Positions 39,922-51,229 of a stretch of 64,000 nt of DNA are shown piece by piece (within the stretch, counting starts at the first letter, position 1; every line of letters starts with the position of its first letter). Origin of the DNA: Octopus bimaculoides (Eukaryota); NCBI RefSeq assembly GCF_001194135.2, contig NC_068986.1, positions 81,789,001 through 81,853,000 of the forward strand. Direction: 5' to 3'. A program made the translations under genes and the position numbers. The notes under the pieces are model-generated. The model did no database searches. It was not told the DNA's origin and saw only the letters and a list, made by a program, of their open reading frames with translations.

Positions 39922-40762
39922 GAAAAGGTGTCCTGCCTTAGACTTGGATTGATCAATATCTTGCTTTGGAATTTTGTGTGTATGTGTGTGTATACTCAAT
40001 AAAACAGAAACTCTCTATGGTACCATGACAATATGATAATCTAAAATATCCATAGGACATTCTAAGTCATAGAAAGGAAGTAAAGTTTAAAAAATTGAAC
40101 AGCTTGTATGGTATAGTAAATTGTGGTTTGCTACCAGTTTCTTTGTGACAAATTCCCTGCAATCTTTAGAATAGCCATTATGTAGGATATGGCACCGTTT
40201 GCATATCTTCTGGTTATACATTGAGTGTGTGTGTGTGTACACACTGGAGCATGACACAGTCCTAGGGTCCATCAGATCCTTTTAAACTGTCCAAACCAAG
40301 CTAGAATGGAACATGGACATCAAATTATGATACATATCATTCGTTTGTTTTACTTTTGTTTTTTTCACGCTAGCATGGGTTAGACAAGTATGCTATTGAA
40401 GCATTGTTTTACAGCTGGGTACCCTTCTTGGTGCTAACCCGTACCTGCTTTTCAGGTAAGGGATCTCGTATTCCATGTAATTTTGAAGGTACGCAGCAAG
40501 TGGACAGTTTGACAGGAGGAGTGCAAGCAACAACACTGCACAAATGCCATGGCCTTATTATACATAAGTGAGTGCAGAGCATGCACATATGCATGCATTC
40601 ATATTTACATTTATGAGAAGCTACTTTTGAGTTTCTGTCTATCAAATCCACACTGTATGGTTTTGGTCAACCTGAGGCCATAGAAGACATTTACCTAAAG
40701 TGCCACACAATGGAATTGAACACATAACCATGCAGTTTGGAAGCAAGCTTTTTAACTGCACA

Positions 40763-40948
40763 ATCATCATCATCATCATCATCGTTTAACGTCCGCTTTC
40801 CATGCTAGCATGGGTTGGACGATTTGACTGAGGACTGGTGCAACCGGATGGCTACACCAGGCTCCAATCTAATTTGGCAGAGTTTCTACAGCTGGATGCC
40901 CTTCCTAACGCCAACCACTCAGAGAGTGTAGTGGGTGCTTTTACGTGT
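40763..40948 (-). mobile_element. Young RTE-derived short element (5'-truncated)
   Basis: (CAT)n cgtttaacgtccgctttccatgctagcatggg...; 7 mismatches in ~185 nt versus the inverted copy at 56544-56730. Confidence 0.92.
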
Positions 40949-40999
40949 ATATTCTCAAGAGTTCATAATCTGATGATCTGTGCATGGAAAGTCTTACAT

Positions 41000-41470
41000 C
41001 ACTTTTTGTTGGTAGAGCCACATTTTTTTAACCTAACTTCCAGTGAAGTGATGCTGGAGTGTCCCTTCCAGAGCACAGGCTTAGGCAAGATTGTATGAGA
41101 GATAGTAACAAAATATGCAACAAGTCCCCCACATTCTCTACACCACCAATGTTGTCCAAGTAAAAGAGCAAGGTTTGATGCAGCTTGGTATCAGTAGCAT
41201 TACAAAATTTGTCGGAGCAAAGTTGATGACATTAACACTGTTTTATAGACTGTAGTTTGGATTTGTCCTTAAGGTTTACTCCTTATTTTCCAAACCTTTT
41301 CCTATGAATGGGTGTTTGGCCACAAAGTAGTGGAGATCTGAAAACCAGAGTTTGTCCTCCTTTAGATAAGCTGCCTTCCCAGATTGTTAAGCTCTACTGC
41401 TCTGCTGGAAGTATTGATTCTAGTGCCAGGACCTGCCTTCACTCCTTCTCCATCAGTAAAAACAGTTCCA
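41000..41470 (-). mobile_element. Old LINE RT C-terminal remnant (RTE-like)
   Basis: Minus-strand frame KVWKIRSKP*GQIQTTVYKTVLMSSTLL resembles the RTE VW..R.L...TK..VYK..VLSTLLYG segment. Confidence 0.4.
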
Positions 41471-41544
41471 CCAGACTTAGAGAGAGAGAGTGTGTGTGTG
41501 TGTGTGTGTGTGTGTTTTTGTGTCATCTTTTATTACAGCCAAAT

Positions 41545-41942
41545 GAGATCATATCTGTGGCCGATGCCAGTGTCACATAACTGGCCTATTTAAAAGTACT
41601 CTTCAATCATTGGGCAATATGCTGTGCTTGAGAAGACTTGTTGAGTCAAGTGAAATCATTGTCGTGGCCAATGCTAGTGCCACTTAACTGGCACCCATGC
41701 CAGTGGCACTAAAAAGCACCATTTGAGTGTGGTCGTTGCCAGCGCCGCCTGACTGGCCCCGTGCTAGTGGCACATAAAAAGCACCCACTAGACTCTCAGA
41801 GTGGTTGGTATTAGGAAAGGCATCCAACTGTAGAAACCTTACCAGAACAGATTGGAGCCTGGCACAGCCTCTTGGCTTGCCAGTCCTCAGTCAAAACATC
41901 CAACCCATGGAAAATGGACGTCAGAAGATGATAATGATGATG
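41545..41942 (+). mobile_element. RTE-derived element with internal subrepeats
   Basis: gggcaatatgctgtgcttgagaagac...tggcac..aaaaagcacc...aggaaaggcatccaactgtagaaa...gatgataatgatgatg. Confidence 0.85.
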
Positions 41943-42449
41943 AGAACTAATAATTCTCTTAGGTTCATTAACCTCATTAATTTTTTTGTTAGTAAGAACA
42001 AAAGTTAAAAATGTTTCCCAGCTTTCAACCAAAATTCTTTGAATACCTTCCTCACTCCCAGCCCATTTCTCTTCCCCATATTATCGCTGTTTCACTACTT
42101 CCCAACCATTTACTCAATCCTTGTTACTCAGAACACCCCACTGCTCATGTTGTTTCGTCCCAACTCAGCTCTGAAGCATTCCAGCCCTGACCTTCCCTTT
42201 TCCTCCCCTTTATTTTCTTTGACATATAGTGTACCCAGGACTACATTGCCTGTTGCATCTATTTCTTAAAATGTTGAGGTGTGGTTTGCAGTGGATNNNN
42301 NNNNNNCCCCCCCCCCCCGCTGACTCATATAGGTATCTATAGATATGGCACTAGTTGAAACTGATCCTACACCACATTCATCTCTTCATCTCAACCTGTT
42401 CGAAAAGTTTTAGTTATTATGGCTACTGTTCTGTCTTTAAATTCACCAA

Positions 42450-43300
42450 AAACATACAATTTTAACCACTGGTCAAATTATAGCATCAACACAGCAGAAT
42501 TTCTTACTTTCATTAAGCCATCCAAACTTTAGACAATCTTCACATTTGAGCTGCTACTTTTTTTCAATTATTTCAATGTATTTGGTGTATTTAAAGATCT
42601 GGAACCTTGTTGGTCTACCAGGTAACTTACTGGAACTGTGGTGTGATTGTTTTCTTTGTATTGAAAACAATATTAAGTTGCTACCTACTTATTACAAATG
42701 GAACATTCTTAAAGCCACTTCTCTGTACTTCCATACTCACTTTGTCTCCTAATATTAACATGGGAGACTTTGCCATGTGGTGCTTCACATCTTGATTCTA
42801 ACCCTATCATCTTATTTAGTGTTGTGGATTGACGAAGTAGAAAATCATTGCAACATTGTAATGGTGATTAGTATATGACAGAAGTTAATAAGTTTATTAA
42901 ATTAGATTAATGATAACAAAAGTAAATGAACAATAACTAAAGAAAAATGAGTTAAAAAAGATAAACACTCTCAGTTATGTATTATAACAAAGAATATTGG
43001 TATTTCTCTCTAAAAGTTTTTGAGGCCACGCAAAACAGAGTTACTGTGGTTGGCCATAATATTGAGGCACTGGAACTGCTAAGTACACTCACAAGCAATC
43101 ACCTGGTATTTTTGTGAGATAAGATACCAGCTATATCAAAAGCTTCAGTATAAAGGGCCTAGCTTTCCCAATCATATTGAAATGTCGTTGATTCAAAAAT
43201 AGAATTCACCAGCAAATTACAGTTTTCAGAATCTTGTTCCATTCTGCTTTATGCACAGTAGCCTTCATCTCTTACTGCATTTAGGATGTGTCAAGGAGCA
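42450..43300 (-). mobile_element. Old LINE AP-endonuclease remnant
   Basis: Minus-strand frames give AFDIAGIL, KSPMLILGD and YCFQYKEKQSHHSSSKLPGRPTRFQI, matching the order of IDIAGISE, ILGDFN and NT.F.HK..H..TW..P....QIDY EN motifs. Confidence 0.45.
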
Positions 43301-44752
43301 AAAGAATCGCTAACCCATATGAAGTGGGTAAAGCTCATCCAGCCGCTTTTTATTGTTCCTAGTCAATCCTATAGGCTCTAGAATTGAGAAAATATTTACA
43401 AAAAAAGAAGTTTGGGGGCTAGAGAAAACATAGACCTTTTCCCACAAATCATCTGAGCAGCACAGCCGATTCTGAGCATTTAAAAGCAAGTTTAACAGTG
43501 ACTATTTCTGAATTTCTTATAAATTAATTCATTAAAAAGCTGCAACCCTTTGATTCCTATTTTACTCTACTGGACCTCCATGTTAAAAAATATCATACTG
43601 CATTTCTATAATTAAATATTAATAGGAATTTTATTTCAAAAAATTGTTAAAATATTTTGTGTATTGTAGAAGTAAAACCGATTTATTGCTCATAAACTTC
43701 AACAACAAAATCTTATATGAACCCCAGTTGAGAATCACTAATCTAAATGAAGGGTTGACTTGAGGACTATTCAGTTTGGAATTAACAATAAAAGTGTCTG
43801 TAGAATATCTCACTGATTGGTTTATTAAATTTAAAGAGCCTTGAATAATGTCATATGCATAAAAGATGAGGTTGGTTTGACAAAAAGTAGTTGTGTTTTA
43901 ATAACTTCTATATCATTAATAGACTTATCCCTGGGGGATAAACTATGATGATAAATGAAAGGATAATGATGATCGATTGCTATTATTATCAATGTCTGCT
44001 GACCAGATAATATATTGCCTCTTACTATAGTGCCTTGTCTCTTTACAATACATGACACAGTTTATCATCCATTTGTATCTATGCTGTCTTCTCTCTCTAA
44101 CATAATTGTAACTCAGTTATTGCTGTCTAATTTGATTGCCAGCTTCCGTATTTGATTTCTATTCACCCTTCTCTCATCTTAGCCTTCCTAAACATCTAGG
44201 TGAGTAGAGGCAAGGACATATCATACTTCTCCAGTCTACACTCTAATTCAACTTAGTTACTCATTATGTAGACAACTGAGAACATCCTAGATTTCCTACA
44301 GAAGAATTGTAACCAATACTAGTCTTCTCTCATTTGTCCACACTTAATAACTCATTGTCTATATAAAAAGTAAACCAGGGGTATATATTGTAAATATATT
44401 GTATTAGCCTATCCTTGAGCTCTGTTGTTTCATCATTCTGTGATGTGAAACTTTTTGCATGGATATCTGGTGAGAGAGAGAAAGCTGATAACTTTTATTC
44501 TTTTCAACTCATTGGAAAGAATAAAAGTTAATAAACCTATACAATAGGTTTCTTAAAATTTCTCAAAAAATCACATGAAATTCTATATAATTTCCTTGGT
44601 TACATTCTTGAAATTTCCTTGTATGGAAACAATTTTTCTCTTACCTAGAAAATTTGAAATTTCAGCTTTGTGAATAAGTTTTCCTTGTTCAAATCTCATG
44701 TTGGCAATGGTGGTTCCACACAATTTATATTTCAATGTTTTTATCTTTGCAG

Positions 44753-44814
44753 TGACATATTTGATGCCATGTTTCCTGTACATAGACACGCTGGTGAGGT
44801 CATCATACAACAAG
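44753..44814 (+). CDS. Pka-R1: PKA RI exon C (62 nt), phase 2-1
   Basis: tttgcag|T...G|gtcagt. Translates (S)[20 protein letters not shown](G), in frame with exons B and D. Confidence 0.97.
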
Positions 44815-45264
44815 GTCAGTTAATTTCCTTTTATATTTAGACAAAGGAGGTGTAACAGTGTCTATTACTACAAAGGTCCAAAAATTTGTTCAGACAAAAC
44901 AATTGATTCTTGAACTTTTCTGCAACAACATCCATGGGAAAGGCTCATGTCTTTCCTATGGACATCATTGCAGACAGAACATGCCAGAAATGTACAGTTC
45001 TAGTGAAGAAAAAGTGAAATGTTTAGTGCAGGGATGGGACAAACAGGGATCCAAGGTTTGGGTTGAGACAGTATTCGCTTCGGAAGTTTGGAAAAATAGA
45101 AGTTAAAAGAGGAAATCTACATATAATTCACTGTCACAGAAATTTGTTTTACCTCGTTAATTTGTATGTGGATCAATGAAGAAGCCACAACATGGTCACT
45201 TCATCTGCTAGAAAGAGCTGTCACATCTCAGATATCTTATTACCATGCTGTCTTCTTACCACAC

Positions 45265-45420
45265 AGCCATGTAATGATAAGAAGTTTGCTTCCCAATCAC
45301 ATGTTTCTGGGTTCAGTCCCACTGCATGACACCTTGAATAAGTGTCTTCTGCTATAGCCCTAGGCCAACCAAGGTTTTGTGAGTGGATTTGGTGGACAAA
45401 GACTGAAAGAAGCCCATCAT
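45265..45420 (+). mobile_element. tRNA-headed SINE family 1
   Basis: aagaagtttgcttcccaatcacatgtttctgggttcagtcccactgc...gtgagtggatttggtggacaaagactgaaagaagccc. Confidence 0.85.
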
Positions 45421-45769
45421 ATGTACATAAGTGTATAAGTACTGGGATCAATTTGTCCAGCTAAGCCTTTGGAGGTGGTGCTCCAGCATGGCTGCAGTCT
45501 AATGACTGGAACAAATAAACGATAAAAGAAATCTCTCAAAATTGCTTTCTGCTTGAATATGATAATTTGATTCTCTTCTTCAATAATATTTATGTGTCTG
45601 CTCATTAGATTAGCAGCTAAATTGGTATATATGTAATGTCTTCATCAGCTTATTACCTACCAGATATTTTAATCCAAGCACATCAATACCCTGTCTTATC
45701 ATTTTTGTATTAGTTTTGATAGTATCATCAAGTCTCATGTATGTCTAGTCAGTGTCTATATATACCACA

Positions 45770-46128
45770 TATAAGAGCAAAATGTGGTATCTAGACAGAG
45801 AACTGGACATCACATACAGTGATGATTTGCAGTGTCCAGACAGATAGCTGGACATCACAGAGAGGGATATGTGGTGTCCATATAGATAACTAAGCATCAG
45901 TGAGGGTATGCAGTGTCCACATGCCCACTCCCCTGAACATGATAGCCAGATATCATGTATAGGAGGGGTATGTGATGACGTTACAGAGAACTGGACATCT
46001 CATATAGGAGGATATTTGGTGTCCCGACAAATAACTGGACACCACATATAGAGGGTATGTGATGTCTTGACATATCTGGATCCATACACAAAGGGAGATG
46101 TGTGGTCTCCAGACAGATATCTGGATAC
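45770..46128. repeat. Tandem array of ~8-9 palindromic ~44-nt units
   Basis: Consensus ctggacatcacatatagagggatatgtggtgtccagacagata; ctggacatcacata pairs with tatgtggtgtccag. Confidence 0.85.
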
Positions 46129-47389
46129 AGGCATAGCTATATGGTTAGAAATTTCACTTTGCAACTAAATAGTTTTGAGTTTGACTCCACTGCTTTGCTC
46201 TTTGAGAAAAGTATCTTCTACCATAGCCATTAGGCTGACCAAAGCATTGTGGGTAAAATTTGTAGACAGAAACTGTGTAGAAGCCTGTTGGAAGAAGCAT
46301 TCTGGTTTAATCTGTCACCTGGTTTAACACCACCTGGCCATTGGAGGCCTTTTGCGGTGTCCACTTTGTCACAAGTATTTGAGACAGGTAAACCTCTGGC
46401 CACTGGATAACTTCCTTCCTTTTACCCCCTAATGTCAGAAACCTTGAAGAGAGATGCAAATGCTGTTGTCCCTGCTCATTACTTTCTTTTACTTGTGATA
46501 CTCTTTTATCTGACATCTTGCACTAGTTTAATTGGTTATCACTCTCCTACAACTACATAATACATATATTAATATCACCTAGCTCTTATCTCTCCTCCCC
46601 CGTTACTATGTTAACCTGTTTTATCACCCACCTTTTATCTCCCCTCAGAATTCCATGTAAGTAAAAATGAAAAACTATCTCCAGAATATTCTGACTGCAT
46701 GTTATGACACACTGTTGTTAAGCCACAATCAATACACTCAGTCTATGTGGGTTTTTATTTGCTTCTCTGCACTGCTGCATTATTAACAGAAATGGTGCTT
46801 TCCCATTGGAACATAGGTGTTGGTTTACACAGTAGGATATAGCTGCCGAAACCTGACATAAGAATTCCTCTTGGAAATATTAGTAAATCTTCATTAAAAA
46901 ATCAATTTTCTTTATATATACCAGAGTCTGATATTAGAAACTGCAGAGAGACAGAAAGGATGAGGGAAAGAGATGTGGGAGAGAAAATAAAATAAGCCAA
47001 AAAAAAAAAAAAAAGCAACACAAACTAGCAAGTAATTTGATTATGCTAACCTTATTAGCCAACATAAAATAGTATTTTCAATGTCATTACTTCATTTCAC
47101 AAACATCATGTTGTTTCTACTGACTGCTTCCATTGCTACTTCTCTTTCTTTCTCCCCTTATTAACCTCATCATCCTCATCATTATCATCACCACCACCTA
47201 AACTCTCTCTCTTTCTCTCTAATTCTCAATGTTTCCAATACATCTCACCATTTACTCATGCTATTAAAGCATGTTTCACCTTCACTCAACCATTTCAGAA
47301 CTCATAACCACTGAATCTGTTCTCACTTTATATTCACCATCCCTCCACACACTTCTCTCACCGTGCTGTACTCTCTCACTACCCACCCC

Positions 47390-47635
47390 CACTCTCTCAT
47401 CATGCATCACTCACACCCTTCACTACCCCCTCCCCTTCTCCCATCATGCAATACTCCCACTACCTTCACTGCCATCCCCCATTCTCCCATTATGCAATAC
47501 TCACACTTGCTTCACTTTTTGCCTCTCTCCCATCATGCAATATTCTCACTATCCTCACCATTCCTTCCTTACTCTCCCATCATGCAATAGTCACCCTACT
47601 TCCATCCTCTCATCACGGAATATTCTCACTCCTTG
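47390..47635. repeat. Degenerate ~40-47-nt pyrimidine-rich tandem repeat
   Basis: Core tctcccatcatgcaata recurs 5-6 times with variable spacers. Confidence 0.8.
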
Positions 47636-50154
47636 ACTAAGTAAAATAAGATACTTTCATGCTCCCCACTCACTACCACCATTCAATGCTCTAAAAACTG
47701 ATTATTTAGTGCATATAGCTTCAATCATTGATTTCCTGACTTACAATTTCTGCTTCATCAACTTTTCGTAATTCAATCTAACACTGCTGTTTCTGCTTCT
47801 TCTTCCTCCTCCTCTTCCTCCTCCTCCTCCTCCTCCTCTTCTTCTTCTTCTTCTTCACAGCATGTAACTGGGTGTTCTTTCTGTGGCACCACCACTTTTG
47901 AGGTTGCCTTGCAAAGGTAAAGGACCTTAGGTGAAGTACCACAACTGAGAGGAGAATTGGGGAGATGAAGAGAGAGTGTTGATTAAAGTGAGGCAATGCA
48001 ACTGGGTACAGATTTATGTTGTAAAAGGTGGCAGTGAAAGACTTTTGTGTGGGGGGGGGGTACAGAAGGGAAAGGAGGAAAGGTGTAGTTTGAGAGGTTA
48101 GTGAGAAAGGAAAGCAAAGTGGTAATGGTGATGAGGTACATTATTCAGTGGGAAATCCAGTCTTAGGATAAGGAGTTATGGGCAGGAGGTGTGAGGGAAG
48201 GAAATGTGAAAGAGAGAAATAGGTGTTTCTGAGGACCTGGAGAAAGTCATTGAAGGAAAGAAAAGTGTGAGAATTTACACGAGATCAAAGAGGGATAGAT
48301 GAGATGATGCTGAGGTGTGTGAGAGAAGCTTTGGAAGAAGGGCAGTGTGGTGTCTTTGTGAGAAGGAAAGGGGTAGATGTTGGGGGAGCAGCGGGTGAAT
48401 GCAATGAGAACAATGAAGGAAAGAGAAGCTGGAGGGTACCATGGAGGTGAGTAGAGGGTGAATACATTGAAATAAAGAGAGAGTGGAGAAAGTGAGAGTG
48501 TCTGCCTATCTTTACATATATGTATACATTAAGGGTATGGTATCTGGGTAGGCAAGATAGGAAGTATCTACTCTGACTAAAATTATAGATATTGATTATT
48601 AAATATAAATGTAAATGATTTCCAGCTCATATAAATACTAATTTAATGCATGATTTCAGTGTATAATGTCTTTTATTTTGATGTTTGACTGGCAAATTAT
48701 TCCTTGCTTTTCAAGTTCTGTGCTTATACTCTGCATAAAGCTATTAAGCATACATGACCTGAGTTTAAAGCACAACTATAAAATCTTTGCATCATTACAA
48801 AGTAAAAGTGTATATTTACCTCTAATGATTAAGCTAATTTAAGAGCTATAATATTCCTTGTAAATGTATAAAATATTAATGAATCATTATTATCATCATC
48901 ATCATTGTTTTATGTCTGCTTTCGATGCTGGATGGATTTAATGATAAACAATACAAATAATGCTGTTTGTTCCCAGTCTTCTATGAAAAACATGTCTAGT
49001 CATGGGAAGAAACCATACCTTGCTTGGAAACAAGTCAGCGTGGGCCACAGGAAGAGATTTCAACCATAGAAAATTTGCATCAACACATTTTGTCTGACCT
49101 ATGAAAGCATGGAATAAGTGGATGTGAACTGATGATGATGATGATGAATACAAATTTTAGCCAACACTATGATAAGCATTTTAATACACATGGCCAAATG
49201 TAACTGAATATGTTTTTTATATTTAACTTTGAACAGAAAAAGAAATTTGGTTGAGTGATTTTGACTCTAACTGGAGATTTTTTTTATCAGACATCACACA
49301 ACTATCTCTTTTACTGATGGAAAGTGATATAGTTTGTAGCTATTGATATCTTTATGATTTCACTAAATCAGTTAGATTGATTTGCATAATAGTGCTTTCA
49401 TTAGCAACTATGACTTAATTATGGCTGCACTTAGGAGTGTTATGTTCTGTAATTTGAAATGTGAAGTAAGCTTTATCGAATGATAAGCAAAATATATGTT
49501 AGCTATCACCTGTGGTGTGTAAGCTAATAAATATGGACAAATAGAAACAAATGATTTCTTTTTTTTTTAAATCAGATAAAGAATAATTAGTCTGACCATT
49601 TCCAAATCTAATTAGAATCTCCTTCAGACACCACTTATCCATTCCATCTGCCTATTATTAGAATCATAATAACTAAAATTTGTAATGTGTATCATTAGAT
49701 ACACCTTGCTATACATTACATTTTTCATTATGTAAGATATACTGTTTAGACTTTATATAATTAATAATATATTTATAAACATAGATCTCATAATTTCTCA
49801 ATGAATCTTTGCCAAATTTTACAGGAAAATCTGAATGCAGCTTAGAACAATACATGATCAAACATTTTCTTGATCTAAGGTCCCTTTGGGATAAAACAGG
49901 GATGAGTCAAGAGAAGTGATGTAGAGGAAGTAAAAGTTATAATGGCTTAATAGTTTTGTTAGCATGTGATACAGAAATGTTTATCCGTCATGTCAAATCC
50001 TGTTTTATTACTTTTTCCTTCAGTTTTTCTTCAGTTTTGAAGTCATAACTTTGAAAAGTTAGTGCAGTTTCAAATGCCAGAGACTATAATTTGTTGTTTA
50101 TTTCACTTTTAAATTAATTTGTAATACCCATAAATATGGATTTAGGCTTATATG

Positions 50155-51175
50155 TGTAAGGGACGACCGTGCGAACTCAAAAAGGAGAAATGGTGACGAA
50201 TGGAAAAACAGAGGACTCCTTTTATTTAAACGCGTCACACGGTCGAACACAAAATAATATATATCAATTGATGATATACATGATATGTTATGCGACGATA
50301 ACATAGATGACCAGTAATGAAAGACCACAACCGTATTAGATGAATAACAGAGATATTTATTGTAGCGTTAAAGATGTATGTCTGTGTGAGAGTGTGAATG
50401 CGACATATAAGAATATAATCAAAGACAGGCCGTCATACAAAGAAAAGTATGTATGTGAGTGATACATGTATGTGTATGTGAGTTATTACAGCAGATAGAA
50501 AGAGAGTCAATAACACGTGAGCAATTATACCAGTTCTTTAGTACNNNNNNNNNNNNNNNNNNNNNNNNNNNNNNNNNNNNNNNNNNNNNNNNNNNNNNNN
50601 NNNNNNNNNNNNNNNNNNNNNNNNNNNNNNNNNNNNNNNNNNNNNNNNNNNNNNNNNNNNNNNNNNNNNNNNNNNNNNNNNNNNNNNNNNNNNNNNNNNN
50701 NNNNNNNNNNNNNNNNNNNNNNNNNNNNNNNNNNNNNNNNNNNNNNNNNNNNNNNNNNNNNNNNNNNNNNNNNNNNNNNNNNNNNNNNNNNNNNGTAGAC
50801 TCTTGTTGCTGATGTGGCGACGGCGGTGGTCATCGTTGGCTGGACGAAGCTGTTGAAGTGGTCGCTGGAACTGCTGCTGCTGTCGTGTGGTACACGGAAC
50901 AGTTCTCAAAGAGAAACTGGACCAAGACAAATTGTGGGGTATGAGTTGATCTATATATAGCGTTAAGAGGGCTCCAAATGGCTTCAGAATTTTACTCTAT
51001 CACGTGACCTTATTAGGGGTCGTGATTGGTCAGTTTGCGTTCTGGCGGGAACGGTTCGAAGAAGTTGCTGATTCGAATAATGATCAGTCACGTGATGACA
51101 AGGAATGGGTTCTCTACTACGTTCGCGTTTGTTTATATTTAAATGAGAAGAATGGCGGGAGGTAGTTTCACTACA
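50155..51175 (-). mobile_element. Solo LTR (Ty3/gypsy-like by its 4-bp TSD), antisense to host gene, spanning an N gap
   Basis: TGTA...TACA termini; TATG on both flanks (50151-50154, 51176-51179). On the minus strand, in order: CACGTG (51089), CCAAT (51025), CACGTG (51001), TATATATA (50952), AATAAA (50221). Much richer in CpG than its surroundings. Confidence 0.8.
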
Positions 51176-51229
51176 TATGCATACCTGTGTTATTGTATAG
51201 TTAATGTTGGACAAAATACTTTGCAGCAT

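Larger units (their letters stand above)
32352..44752 (+). other. Intron B-C of Pka-R1 (12,401 nt)
   Basis: GT..AG; split codon AG|T encodes Ser. Confidence 0.92.

Noticed and set aside
45770-47635. CRISPR array interpretation of the palindromic and spaced repeats
   Set aside because: Eukaryotic intron, degenerate repeats, no unique spacers of constant length and no cas genes.
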